The notes beneath the pieces are model-generated. The model saw only the letters and a list, made by a program, of their open reading frames with translations, did not search any database and was not told the DNA's origin. A stretch of DNA of 64,000 nucleotides from Octopus sinensis (taxonomy: Eukaryota): positions 131,006,001 through 131,070,000 of the forward strand of contig NC_042997.1 in NCBI RefSeq assembly GCF_006345805.1, written 5' to 3'. Below are positions 13,925 to 27,790 of the stretch, in pieces (position 1 is the first letter of the stretch; every line of letters begins with the position of its first letter). The translations under genes were made by a program, and so were the position numbers.

Positions 13925-14153
13925 TTAACCCTTTCATTACCAACCCGGATGAAACCGGCTCTGGCTCTTTAGTACAAATGTCTTATTTTCATAAGTTTTG
14001 AATTAAAATCTTCCACCAAACCGTAGTCACAATTTATGTTCCTAACACGAGCTTAATGATAACGAAGTTATTTTACTAAATTCTTTGTTACATCTAAAAT
14101 AATTAAAGGAATCACAAAGCATCTCAAAATAAATACAGTAACGAAAGGGTTAA
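13925..14153 (+). mobile_element. piggyBac-type MITE, family 1
   Basis: TTAA|CCCTTTC...GAAAGGG|TTAA termini with TTAA TSD; homologous to both 40 kb copies. Confidence 0.8.
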
Positions 14154-14419
14154 ACCCAGTTTTCTCTCAACTGATTTCTCCTCCATCCTATATGGTTGCT
14201 AACATTACCCAATCTCGGACATCACACTCACTCCATTTGTCTTACCTTTGCTCATCCTCTGCACTCAATGCTTGTGCTTCACTACCATGTAACAAAACAT
14301 TTAATAAAAAAAAAGCATACAATGTCCTTCATCTGGTAAAAGAACATCTTTGTTGGCAACAGAAGCAATAGCTCAAATAAAACAAATCAAAACAATAAAA
14401 GCCCTTGAGATTGACTTAC

Positions 14420-14600
14420 CTAAAGAACGTGCCACAGCCAAAAAAGGTATCTTGTCCGTAACTGTGCTACGTCTAATAGGTCCTTTGTGAGTAAGCTTAG
14501 GCCGGTTCCACACCACCCTCTGTACACCAGCTTTAGTTACAACTTCACCGCCACAATCTTCTATTCGTTTACGTTCTTCAGGACATTCGGGTTTGTGATC
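14420..14600 (-). CDS. PPM1D: PPM1D coding exon 3 ([18 protein letters not shown]...B-loop...FLAVARSL-G); missing from the ORF track
   Basis: Manual translation. Acceptor tccttcacag|GAT. Donor TTAG|GTAAGT, phase 1. Confidence 0.95.
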
Positions 14601-14959
14601 CTGTGAAGGATAAAATTAAAACATAAGATACATTTAAAATATTTTAAGTTTTTGTATTGCAACAATTATAAAGCTACATATTGTTCAATTAATTACTAGT
14701 AAAAAGATGAGGGTGTACATTTTTCTGAGAAAAGGCAGAATTGATTTTATTGACTCCACTACTGAAGTAAAGGAAAGAAAGGACTCCCCTTCAGTCATGA
14801 ATGACCATGGGATTGCACCTAGAAAGTAACCCTCTGAGGTACAAGTCTGGGCAAGGTTGTTTATGGACAACCAGCAGTTGCCCATCCATACCACCAATGT
14901 TATCCAATGAAAAGGCAAAGGCCAATACAGCTTGGCACCAGTGATGTTGCAACACATTT

Positions 14960-15100
14960 CTACAGCTGAGTGAACTGGAGCAATGTGAAATAAAGTGTCT
15001 TGCTCAAGAACACAACATACAGCCTACTCCAGGAATCAAACTCACTACCTCATGATTATTTGCCATGACACTCTAATCACTGAGCCATGCATCTTCACAG
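14960..15100 (-). mobile_element. SINE family C head, degenerate
   Basis: GAGTGAACTGGAGCAATGTGAAAT..CTCAAGAACACAAC. Confidence 0.65.
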
Positions 15101-15737
15101 TACTGAAGTAGTGCTTATTTTATCAATCTGCAAAGATAAAAACTAATTTGATTTATGTTGGATTTAGACTCAGAATGTAACTAATATATTTATGTATTTT
15201 GTTTTGCAAGATTCTTGATGTGAAACTGTGAGTTGAAACAGATATTGCTATATTCGGGGATGTTATTTGCTATTTGGCATACACACACACAAAGATTATC
15301 CCCAAATATGACAGTAATTAATATAATTATTGATGAAATTGTCCCAAAGATTTAATTTTTGTGTACTGTAACAAAGGTAGCTAACTTTAGAGCCCATCTC
15401 TCTCCTAGTTATTGACCTACAAATACAATTAGCAGCACTGTTGTTTTAACATCCACTTTCTCATGTATTGGGCCAGATGGAGTTCATTGAAGCAGATTTT
15501 CTATGGCCAAATGCCCTTCCTGTCACCATCCCTTATCTGTTTTCAAGCAAGGTTAATATTTACATGACCAGACATATTTCTGCAGAATAGTGGAAATGAA
15601 TGGTGTTCATTTACAACAATCCCATTATGTCAGCACAAGAAGACACACACACACACACACAAGCTTCTTTCAGTTTCTATCTACCAATCCACCCACAAGG
15701 CCTTGGTTGGTCTGGGGCTATATTAAAAGACAATAAC

Positions 15738-15905
15738 CTAACCCTTTAGCATTTAAACTGGCCATATCAGACCCAAATTTTCTAGCTGTTTTATATTCAA
15801 ATTAGCCAGTTCTTGCCTCTCATACTGACACTACAGTGTCATTCTAAAAATTAACAGTCACATCATCAAAATCTCAAAGCTATAAGATTATGAATGATTA
15901 ATTCG
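15738..15905 (+). mobile_element. piggyBac-type MITE, family 2 (right end missing)
   Basis: Starts TAACCCTTTAGCATTTAAAC; shares AAATCTCAAAGCTA.AAGAT with the 39627 copy. Confidence 0.55.
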
Positions 15906-15909
15906 AAAA

Positions 15910-16295
15910 ATCATCACCATCATCATTTAACATCTGTTGTCCATGCTGGCATGGATTGGACAGTGACTAGGCTGGCACACTGGAAGGCTGTGCCAGGCTC
16001 CAGTCTGATTTTACATGGTTTTCTATGGCTGGATGTCCTTCCTAACACCAACCACTCCAAGAGTGTAATGGGTGCTTTTACATGCCATTTGCATAACACT
16101 GGTATCTGCCACGACTGTGGTTTTGCTTGGCTTGATGTGTCTTCTTCTCAAGCACAACATAATGCCAAAAGTCTTGGTCATTGCCTTTGTGGGGCCCAAC
16201 GCTCTCAAAAGGAACTCAACCACCTTGCCTCTGTGAGGCCCAACACTTGAAAGAAACTCAGCCACTTTGATTCCATGAGGCCCAATGTTCAATGT
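15910..16295 (-). mobile_element. Repeat family D, variant
   Basis: (CAT)n tail and core in reverse. Confidence 0.75.
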
Positions 16296-17890
16296 GACTA
16301 GATAAGCCGTAGATTTGACTGAGTAATCTGAATACTAAAGGGCCAAAGTGTCATGCAGTTGAACTGAACCTGAAACTATGTGGTGGGAAATAAATTTCTC
16401 AATCACATAGCCATGTCTGCACATAAACGACTGGATGAGGCCCTAGGACAATTGGATCCCCAAGGTCACAATGTGCATTTCAAGAAGTGAATGTCCACTG
16501 AGTCCTACAATCTGCACCAGTTCACTTGGACAGCCATGCTCTTCATTAACATACATGTCAAATGATCCCATGAATAAGTGGTATCAAAATGGCTTGCCTA
16601 GGAATTGAACCTATACTGTAAGCTTAGCTTGCAAGAGGCCTACCAGAAATTTATGATACTAGTAAAGTTATAGATGTTACTAGTTATAATGTTAAAATGG
16701 TTATGAAGTAGAGATCCTGGTTAGTTTCAATTTATAATGATGCTACTAATAATACATTTGGGAATGCTTGAGTGCCACAGTATTCCATTTTCCTCCCTAG
16801 ACTTTCTAAAAACAAAAACGCAAGTCAAAAAAATAAATAAATAAACCATAAAACCCCCAGCTAATCATAACTAATACACTGATATAGAAATGCTATTAAG
16901 CGTTCACTTGAGAGTGTGGATTTGACTCTCAGTAGACTAACATACAGAAATAATATTTTTTGTTTATATGCAAGCACGTCTTGAATAGTTTTGCACCAAA
17001 CTACTTAAGTTCCTTTATTATTGTCTTTCTTTTTAAGCAATGAAATATTCAATAGGACAATTGAAATGTTGGGAAGTTTGAATGAAATCTTTTGATGAAA
17101 CCCAACAAACACCCAATAACTTTTCTGAAAACACACACACGTGAGCACACACTACTACCTGACAGAAATAAATATCCAAAGAAAAAAAAAAGGACTTTGA
17201 TGTCTTCACAAAGCAGGAAAGCAGCAAATAAATGTTTGGCAAAGTTATTTTTTTTCTGTCTTGCCTGTGGTAATGAAGCTTACAGATTGGTGGGAATCCC
17301 AGACTAATGCAACACAGCAGACTTCTGGGGAAGAATTATTCATGTTCTTTAGTGTCAATTATCTAGTATTCTGTGTAAGTGATTCAAGCTGGAAACCTGA
17401 GTGCACTGAAATATTTTGTGATGGTGCCAATGTGTTCTGAAATGTAGGAGGCCACAGTAGTAGTAGTAGTAGTGGTAGTGGTGGTGGTGGTGGTAGTAGT
17501 AGTAGTAGTAGAAGAGCAGTTGAAGAAAACAAATGTATCAATGCATCAAGATAGAGCTATTTTGATTCAACCTGCCTGAAACCACATCTTGGTTCTATGA
17601 TACACTCCATTTCAAAGAAATCTTAATACTTTCCATCAAAATTCCATACTAATCTATATTCCAAACACTAGCTTAATACTGACAAAACTATTTCAATGAA
17701 TTTGCTATTATTTTCAAAATTAAATTAAAATAAAGACTGCATTATAGACACAAAGAGTTAAGCACTTTCTAATGACAATAGTTGTGAAGTTATATTTTAA
17801 TTCAAATTGAGGTGAAGCTGTTAAGTTTGTTTCAGAACTTTAATACTTTTGGTAAGAGATCCGACCTGAAATCATGTGTCAGAACAAGAT

Positions 17891-18112
17891 ATCATCATCA
17901 TTTTAGCATCTGTTTTCCATGCTGGTATGGGTTGGACAGCTTTGACAGGAACTGGCAAGGCCAGGGGCTGCACCAGGTTCCATAGTCTGTTTTGTCTTGG
18001 ATTCTACAGCTGGAGACCCTTCCAAACACCAACCACTTTATAGAGTACACTGGGTCTTTTTATGTGGCACCATCACCGGTGCTTTTTATGCAGCACTGGA
18101 ACCAGTGCTGGT
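17891..18112 (-). mobile_element. Repeat family D, degenerate. Others lie near 680-870, 24995-25380 and 57546-57612 (tail only)
   Basis: Core similarity. Confidence 0.7.
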
Positions 18113-18170
18113 AGGGTGATTATTATCATTTGCAAATTCATAATCATTTGTACTATTATATATTCACTAA

Positions 18171-18402
18171 AAAGGTGGTGAGCTGGCAGAAACGCTAGCG
18201 CCGGGCGAAATGCTTAGCAGTATTTCATCTGTCATTATGTTCTGAGTCCAAATTCCGCTGAGGTCGACTTTGCCTTTCATCCTTTCAGGGTCGATAAATA
18301 AAGTACCAGTTTCGCACTGGGGTTGATGTAATTGACTTAATCCCTTTGTCTGTCCTTGTTTGTCCCCTCTATGTTTAGCCCCTTGTGGGCAGTAAAGAAA
18401 TA
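18171..18402 (+). mobile_element. SINE family A, full length
   Basis: 14-bp TSD TATATATTCACTAA (18157-18170/18403-18416). Confidence 0.9.
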
Positions 18403-18699
18403 TATATATTCACTAATCTCTGCTTTATTGATAAGAAAGACTAGCATTATCCACTGCCATTGCCATTCTCATCACTGTTCAAATGTTCACAATTCCATGC
18501 TTGTATGGGTTGGAAGAAGTTATATTTGAAGCAAATTTTCTATGACCAGATGCCCTTCATGTTGCTGACAATCCCACTATGTCAAGATGAGGAAACAAGC
18601 ATGCACGCATACTCATTTCAGCCATGTGGCTGTGGTCATGTTATATATATATCTTTTATTTGTTTCAGTCGATAGACTGCCTTGAAGAATGAATTGACT

Positions 18700-18968
18700 T
18701 CAATGCTTTTGCCAGAGAGTTAAGCTAAGGGTCATAAACACACCAACACCAGTTGTCAAGCAGTGGTGGGGGCCAAACAGACACAAAAGAACACATGGAT
18801 ATACATGTACAAGACAGGCTTCTTTCAGATTCCATCAACCAAATCCACTCACAAAGCTTTGGTCATCCTGAGGCTACAGCTGAAGACACTTTCCCAAAAT
18901 GCCACACTGTGGTACTGAACATGGAACCAGGTGATTGGTAAGCAAACTTCTTAACCACATGGCCACAC
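18700..18968 (-). mobile_element. SINE family B, degenerate. Further fragments lie near 2400, 15650, 23720, 24600, 25390, 27800, 47010 and 55940
   Basis: Reverse-complement similarity to the 56789 copy. Confidence 0.7.
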
Positions 18969-19869
18969 CGATGGTTTTGTAAAATATTACTCTAATTATA
19001 ATAAAATAGTAAGTTTCAAAAACAATACTTTTAAGTTACTTGAAGGGAATCAAGATATCTGATGACATAAAAATTGTTTAAAATGCTTTATTAGTATATT
19101 TATTACATAGGAATGTTATTATCAGTATCACATACAACTAATAACTGAAAGCAAAAGTTGTGTAGTTTTCCAATGCCATAACTGACTGGTAGTGTAACAA
19201 GAAACTTATACACGAAACACCTGCTCAACTACTTTATAGCATTACCCTATATCGCAGAACAGAACCACTTAAATCCAGTAAGTACAGCACTAAAAAGGTT
19301 TTTTAAAGAAACTGTCAAAGGGATTAAGTTTACGATTAGTTAATTGCTTTGTTTTTATTTGTTTTTTTTTTGTTTTTTAAGAACCAAAGCTGAAAATGTC
19401 ACAAATATATTAAATCTGGAAAGTGAATTAATCAATCAGTTAATTATTCTTTTAGTCAAAAACCAAAGATTAAAATGTCACCTGTATCATATTTTGCAAA
19501 TGAATTTTTCGTGCTACTCTTGTCAAACAGCTAGTATGCCATTACCACTACAACTACCATTCTCAATTTAGTATTGATTTTTCACCACCTCTTTACTGAA
19601 CTAAACTGTAAACTAGAATACATATTTGTCTAATGTAGCAGATTTTTCACAATGATTAGGTTCCATCTCCGGAGATGAGATTTCAAAGGGATAATAAATA
19701 TGTAATTTACTTTTTTTGCTAAGTGCTTTATGTTAATTTTTAAAGCCAACACAGGATAGTTTTACATAGAAGAACATTTACATCTCAACTATTAAAATAA
19801 CTTCTAATAAAGGTTGAGTTTCTTGTAGTGCTAACTACAACAAAAATATGCATATTGTGACCATATAGG

Positions 19870-20325
19870 GTGCAAAGAGCACCGGCTTGATCTGCCAGTG
19901 GCACCATTCGAGTATGATCGTTACCAGCGTCGCCTTACTGGCACTTGTGCCCATGCTAGTAGGGTGCCCAGAGCACCATCTGATCGTGATTGTTGCCAGA
20001 GCGGCCAACTGGCACGTAAAAGGGCACCATTCGAGCATGATCGTTACCAACATCACCTTACTGGCACCTGTACCAGTGGCATGTGTAAAAAGATTCGAGC
20101 GAGGTCATTGCCAGTACCGCCTGACTGGCCCCGTGCCGGTGGCACGTAAAAAGCAACCACTACACTCTCGGAGTGATTGGCATTAGGAAGGGCATCCAGC
20201 TGTAGAAACTCTGCCAGATCAAGATTGGAGCCTGGTGTGGCCGTCCGGTTCGCCAGCCCTCAATCAAAATCGTCCAACCCATGCTAGCATGGAAAGCGGA
20301 CGTTAAACGATGATGATGATGATGA
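19870..20325 (+). mobile_element. Repeat family D ((GAT)n-tailed SINE/LINE-tail family) with internal tandem modules
   Basis: TACACTCTCGGAG..TTAGGAAGGGCATCCAGCTGTAGAAAC..GCATGGAAAGCGGACGTTAAACGATGATGAT. Confidence 0.85.
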
Positions 20326-20837
20326 CAACACAATCATTAATATTGAGAAGGAAGGGTATTGAAGAGAAATAACCAAATTCTGAGTTGATAGACTCCAACT
20401 TGAACATGCGACAATATGGCAACTTTACTGACAAAAATCTTCCAATTCAGATATTTAGTGAAGTGGCGCCTATAGAGCCAGCTTTGTTTAGAAGTTTCTA
20501 ATGTAAAACAGTATTGAAGAGTTGAATTATGCCAAAGGCAATGGCTTTGCATTCACTGATGTTCAAGAAACCATTAATAAATGTAATGAGTGATACTTCT
20601 GTTGGACCTACTATACTGGTGGTCAATGAACAGGGAAATATAATCAACACTGTTCATGATAACTTAATTTGAATGAACTAACATTTTAAGAGATGGGAAC
20701 AATAATTTAATGATCTGTTTGTACAGCCTTAGATGTGGCAGCAGTATTGAATGATGCTATAAACTTTTAGCAATAAACTAAGATATAGCCCACATTTCCT
20801 GGAATTCGGTGGTTAAGAATGTTCAAAGAATACTTAC

Positions 20838-21004
20838 TTTAGTTAACATTAAAGCATGAATATCAGAATGCTCCCCTTGGAAACCAAGAGCTACTCCAGA
20901 ATCTCCAACATGTCCGATGTATAATTTGCTGTGCTTTATAATTGCAATACTGGCTGTTGTTCCAGATGTGCTGGGGAACCCACTGAGAGTTTTGGGCCAT
21001 TTAT
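20838..21004 (-). CDS. PPM1D: PPM1D coding exon 2 (D-KWPKTLSGFPSTSGTTASIAIIKHSKLYIGHVGDSG...LMLTK); missing from the ORF track
   Basis: Manual translation. Acceptor ttcag|AT completes GAT with exon 1. Donor AAA|GTAAGT, phase 0. Confidence 0.95.
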
Positions 21005-22465
21005 CTGAAACAATTGAAAATATAAAACATTTACAATATCAAAAACAACAATAGTAAAAAAAGTATATTAAGAAATAGGCTAATAGTAGCAACCATTCTA
21101 GTTTATTTACATGTATATAATTTGATCTATAGTAAGCAGAAACCGATTTCCACTTCAAAAATATCAGATAAAAAAGAGAAAATAAAATCAATATTTCCTT
21201 AATCACTTATCATTGTTTTAAATGTTTGGCAGTATAATCAGGAAATTGTAGCACTGAAAGGCTCAAGCCTCAGGCTGATTAAAACACACAATTGTTACTA
21301 AGCTGATACTAAACTCTTGATGACATTCACAGAGTAGTATATATTTTTCTATAAAATTTAGATTTTGCTTTCATGATAAAATCAATTTGATCAATCAATC
21401 TAAATTTATCCAGAATTATCTTTGACTTAAAATGTTGGAAAAGTGAAATTTGAACTAATGTTTCTCTCTATAAACTTACAATGTATATAGTGTAAGTGCC
21501 AAGTGAGAGAAGAGAAGAGTTGTCTATTAGAGAAATTGTAGCACTATTTTTGCTATGAGACAATATCACAGTATATTGAAAAAGTTAGATAAAAAAAACC
21601 CCCAAAAAAACCCATCTTGTAGATAGTTGAATCAAACTATGTAAGAATCTCAGAGATGAAATATGAATGGATTATTGTAAAAAAACAAACTGTTTGGTTT
21701 AATGATGGAAAAACTAATGTTAGTGATAAAAGTAAGCATAGTTTAGATAATCAACAATTAACACTTTTTAGTAATAATTAATTGAAAACACATCTGAATA
21801 TAATGGTTTCAAGAAATTTCGTCGTAAACATTTTTGCCATAAGAAAATTCATTGAAAGAAATTTTTAAATGACATCATCATGTTTTCCTTTTAATGTCTG
21901 ATGCTGACTAAAGACTTGTTTTTATGAAACCTTTTAACATTCTTTCTTTTTTATCTTTAAAAATGCTGATATATGCTCTATCATTGTCCATATGGCAAAT
22001 TTTCCTATATGGTGAAATTTCTTACGGCAAATTTTCCAGACACGAAATTTTATGCACAGCTCACTATAATATAGACTTACACCTCAACCTGTTGTATATA
22101 TAGTATAGAAGTGTACATATAACCAAGAAGAAAATTTAAACTTAGAGAGAAAAGTGAGCTTCATATATACAGCAAAAAATGTTACTTTCCACATTGTGGG
22201 AAGATCAATTCACAACAAATTATTTGAAACACTTGAACATCTTTTTGTTCACATTCTTTCTACAAGCCAACAAGGGAACTTCTATGTGCTACTTGACATG
22301 CTAGTAAAAGTAGCCAAGCCTGCCTCAAATTACACATTAATGTCTTTAAAAAGAAGGACTTAAGACTGAATGACCATGGCAGGAACACTTTTTATGAAGG
22401 TTGAGCTGGATCTAAATGACAACCACATATTTTCTTCACTCTCTCCAGTTTTATATTAATATTAC

Positions 22466-22723
22466 CGCCAGGTAGTATGTAAAAACACCCTTTGAGCGTG
22501 AGCGTGGTCGTTGCCAGAACCGCCTGACTGGCCCTCGTGCCGGTGGCATGTAAAAAGCACCCACTACACTCTCAGAGGTTGGCGTTAGGAAGGGCATCCA
22601 GCTGTAGAAACTTTGCCAGACCAGATTGAGCCTGGTGTAATCTTTAGCTCACCAGTCCTCAGTCAAACCGTCCAACCCATGCCAGCATGGAAAGCAGAGG
22701 TTAAACAATGATGATGATGATGA
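22466..22723 (+). mobile_element. Repeat family D
   Basis: Same 3' core and (GAT)n tail. Confidence 0.85.
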
Positions 22724-24130
22724 TTGGATTTTCAGAAGCTTATAGAAAAGAATTCTCATAACAAAAGCATTATTTCTATCCACTCAATGATTCATTGACA
22801 GTTTTACCAGCTTATTTTAGAACAAATAAAAACAATATATAAACATTCTTCAGATGGCTATCTTAACTATTTTATATATTATTATGGCACATAATGGTCC
22901 TAAAATTTTGTTTACCTCTTTCATATCTTCAGGCGAGATCTTAATCTAGATTTTCTTTTAATCTACCTTTAATCCATACATCAATATTTAATCCACATTT
23001 ACAGAGTTGATTAGTCTATTTATGTTAATTGTATTAAAAATTGTATGCGATTCTCTAGCCTCAAGCTTAGGTCTGGTTTCTGGCATAATGTAGACAAGAG
23101 TTAAATTTCCTCATGGATAGGACACATTTCTAGAAGGCATGTCATCTATTCCTGACAAGCAGAATTGAAGTATTCTATTTAGAAACACATCAAAAGATTT
23201 GTAGCAGAAATGAACACAAAATCTACAAGTCTAACAGTACAATGAAAAAATATCTGAACTAATATATAACATCTGGTGCCACAGTTTTACTTAAATTTGC
23301 TAGACTGACCATTTTTTCTTTTGCTTTAGGCAAATTCATTTTATTTTACTGCTGTTGTTGTTATTGTGTCTTGAACATTTATAATCAGAATGTGTTCCAC
23401 CTGTGTACATCTTGTCTTTTTATTTTTTTTTTAATCTAGGACTTATCTAATGTGTCTTGCTTTTTTTCTTTTTCAAACAATAAGATGTGATTTGAAGTAA
23501 AGTTGTTTATAGCAGGTTGAACAACCATATAAAGTCTCCTACAATGGCCCACCATCTTTTACTTGTTTCAGTTTACATAGATACAAACACACACAGAAAA
23601 AAGCCCCTCATCTTAGTACTTATATCCATCTCTTTTGTTGAACTGCTAGGTTCATATACAACCCGACATCAGTTGCCAAACAGCATTGTATGTGGGTAAC
23701 ACAAACATAGGTACATACACACGCATATATGTGTGTTACATATATATGCACATATACATATATGACAGGCTTCCACACAGTTTCCATCAACTAATTTCAC
23801 TCACAAGGTATTGGTTGGTCTGGGACTATAGTAGAAAATGCTTGCCCAAGGGGCTGCACAAGTGGGAGTGACCCTGACTGAGCAAGCTTTTTTAGTCAAA
23901 CTGTTGAAATTAATAGCAATGAAATCAAATAGTTTGTAGCCAAGTGAAAATGAAAATATACAATTCTGCTGTGGTTACATTGTGATAAATAACAAAATAG
24001 AAGTCTGTAATAGAGACCATGGCCACCACCATCATTGTTTTAGTACCCACTTTTCCAGGTTTACATGAACCTGATGAAATCCATTGAAGAAGAGTTTCTA
24101 CAGCCAGGTCCTCTTCTTGCTGCCAATATT

Positions 24131-24446
24131 CCGTGCCGGTGGCACGTAAAAGACACCATTCGAGCGTGATCGTTACCAGTATTGCTTTACCAGCATCTGT
24201 GCCAGTGGCATGTGTAAAAGATTCGAGCAAGGTCATTGCCAGTACCACCTGACTGGCCCCGTGCCAGTGGCATGTAAAAGCACTCACTACACTCTTGGAG
24301 TGGTTGGCATTAGGAAGGGCATCCAGCTGTAGAAACTCTGCTAGATCAAGATTGAAGCCTGGTGCAGCCATCTGGTTCGCCAGCTCTCAGTCAAATCGTC
24401 CAACCCATGCTAGCATGGAAAGCGGACGTTAAACGATGATGATGAT
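24131..24446 (+). mobile_element. Repeat family D
   Basis: Same core, two modules. Confidence 0.85.
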
Positions 24447-25478
24447 TCCTTGTTTCCAAGTAAGTTAATGTTTTCCTAAGTCTTTTAAACACAAACATTG
24501 CAGAAGCCAGTCATGTTTCCACACAGGATTGCAAATGAATGACACAGCTTGCATGACAGTGATGTTCATTAACAATTAGTGAGAAGGAGACACATGAACA
24601 CACATACATCCACACAACAGGCTTCTTTCAGTTTCGATCTACCAGAGTTACTCGCAGGATTTAGATTGGCCTAGGATTATTGTAGAAGATACTTGCCCAA
24701 GAAACCATACAATGGAACTGAACATTTTTGTATGCTCACAAACACATAATAAGACTTGTTCAAATACAATCAGTTTAGAAAAGGACTCGAGAGTTGTTAA
24801 AAAGACACACACACACACACAGCCATGTATCTTCAATAGAAAGACACTTGTTCTTATCCTTCTACCATACTCTTACTTTTCACACCTAGTATAAGACATA
24901 AGCCACCTTCCTCAGTATTACACCTTCACTCAATTAAGGGGTCTGGCTTTGTAAGCTACTCGGCAACTTCACTGGTGTTGGTGAAACAGAAAAGCACTCA
25001 GTACATTCTATAAAAAAAGTTTGTATTAGGAAGAGCATCCAGCTGTAAAAACCATGTGGAAACAAACATTGGAGCCTACTGCAGTCCCGTAACATGTTGA
25101 AGCTTACCAAACTGTCCAACCCAATCCAGCATAAAATATAGATAATAAGTGATGATTATATATATGTGCCATGTAAAAAGCATAGGGCTGGTACCACATA
25201 AACAACATTGGTGGAGGAGCCATGTAAAAAGCACTGGTGCTGGTGTTAGGAAGGGCATTGACCAATAGAAACTATAATGAAACAGACAATGGAACCTGGT
25301 GCAGTTCCCAACCTTGTCAGCTCCTGTCAAACCATCCAACTCATACCAGCATGGAAAACAAAAGCTAAATGATGATGACGAGGATATACATACAACATGG
25401 TTTCAGGTTCAATCCCACTTTATGGCCACTTGGGCAAGCGTCTTCTACAATAATCATGAGACAACCAAAGCCTTGTGA

Positions 25479-25529
<51 letters not shown>

Positions 25530-25530
<1 letters not shown>

Positions 25531-25722
25531 TTTATTTAAAGCATCAGAAAAAATTGATATATCGGTTCCATTCTAGCAAAAACTGTCCGATGAACGGCAA
25601 CGGGAAACTCAGAGTAACAGGTTTTGTTGAATTTTCTGCTGCTTTAAATAAAGCATATTGCTCTACCACTGGTATTTGAGTACTCTTTTTTCCACCTTTT
25701 TTCACATTTATGTGTTTACTCC

Positions 25723-25723
<1 letters not shown>
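25530..25723 (+). mobile_element. Small element inside (TA)n with a 22-bp inverted repeat and a minimal HHR-like motif (25583-25620); Penelope-like
   Basis: IR 25530-25551/25632-25653 (1 mismatch). Motif CTGT-CCGATGA-ACG GCAA CGG-GAAA-CTC A GAGT-A-ACAG, followed by AATAAA. Confidence 0.55.
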
Positions 25724-26160
<437 letters not shown>

Positions 26161-26924
26161 TCCTTTAAAATGTTTCAGCCCAAAATCTGTGGCCATGCTG
26201 AGGCACCACCGTTGACTGTGCTACACTAGTATGTGAAACCCCCTCTGATACATGGCACTTAGTCAACAAGGGAGTTCGACACTGCTGCCCGCATCTGTGT
26301 TTTCTGCCGAAAGGTAGGTTCATCTAGAACATACATACATACGTGTTTGTGTGTCTTGACATTGCATGATGGTTGTAAAATGAATATCACTGCTGTGCAT
26401 GTAGAGTTGTTCACTTCCAACCTTCAGTGCAAAAACAAATGAGGGTTGGTGACAAGAAAGGCATATGGCAGTAGAAAATCTACTTCAACAAATTCTGCTT
26501 GACCCATGCAAGCATGGGAATGTAGATAGTAAAACAATGATAATTATGTTGCTGCTGACATATATATATATATATATATATATATTATTTATATTATTAT
26601 ATGATTGAATGCCACACATCCTCTTCCAAGTAAGTTATATATAATATAATACAAGATTGCCATGGCTTATTCATATATTCAATATCATGCAAAGTGTTCT
26701 GGCTAATTTTGAATAACTTTGTATATAATATGTAACTATGGAAATTAAAAAGATTTTGAACTTTTGCCAGATGGTTTAATGAATAGAAATATCTTGAGAA
26801 ATTTTCGCCATCTCTTTATATAGAAAACTTTGCATCTGAATATTTGATAGACAGAGTGTATAAAATATTTATATGAGTGAAAACAACTGAGTGAAAACAA
26901 TTGACAGTAACCACATATCACAAT

Positions 26925-27790
26925 GGGCAATTTTAACGAACATAGTGGTGGTCAATATCATAATGGTCACTCTGGTATCCATGATGGTTCTGGATATGGT
27001 GCAAAAATGAGGAGGAATGAAGGATCCTGGAATTCTGTGATGCAAATGATCAAATGATTTGCAATGCTAACTTTAAGAAACCATCTGGTGAATAAATGAA
27101 TTAGACAGACTTCATTCTCATCAGGAAACAGGATAAATAGACAGTTGAGAGTTTGAAGCTTTCTTTAATCAAGAATGCACTACTCAACAGAGACTTTTGA
27201 TGACGGACTTCAGTAAGAAATACATAAACCTAGAAACAGAAGATAATCTGGAGAAGGAGCTATGGAAGTTGAAAGAGATCTTTATACTAGAAAACAGCAC
27301 TATTGATGTTATCTTCCTAGTGAGGCAACTGAAGGAAAAGTAGTTAGGAGTATGATAATTTGAGCAGGGTTCAACATATGATATTTACTAAAGGAACAAA
27401 GGATAGAAGACTGGCTTGTGAAGGCCGTTGTAACAATCATGTACAGAGGTGTAATTAGCAATTTGAGAGTCAGAATGAATTTAATAACATATTTAACATG
27501 TAAGCAGGGGTTCACTGGGGCTTTCCTTCTTTTATAGTTCCCCAGGCCACAATAAAAGAGCTTAAAACTGGTTGTTCATGGGAACCCCTGTATGGTGATA
27601 GTTATTATAGCAGAATCTGTAACAGTTTTAGAAGAAATTCCAGACATAAAAGCTAAACCTGGATTTGAGGGGCCACAAAGCAACCTTAAACAAAAAGGTG
27701 GGGGAACATAAGTTTTATTAAGAAAGAAGACAGGGTCCTAAAATCACTAGGGAAACAGTGATATATGTGACGTGTTGTATGCACATATAC
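26925..27790 (+). mobile_element. Decayed, internally deleted RTE-clade LINE (endonuclease and RT remnants)
   Basis: Frameshifted peptides such as LEFCDAND..ICNANFKKP, STIDVIFLVRQLKEK, RIEDWLVKAV and LKTGCSWEPLYGD resemble RTE ORF2. Confidence 0.75.

Noticed and set aside
21810-22060. Repeated GGCAAATTTTCC-like words suggesting a DNA transposon end
   Set aside because: Termini and TSD could not be defined, so it is left unclassified.
23925-24371. 148-aa ORF and similar ORFs at 15894, 19887, 29283, 31059 and 34500
   Set aside because: They lie in family D repeats and share the same repeat-derived peptides.
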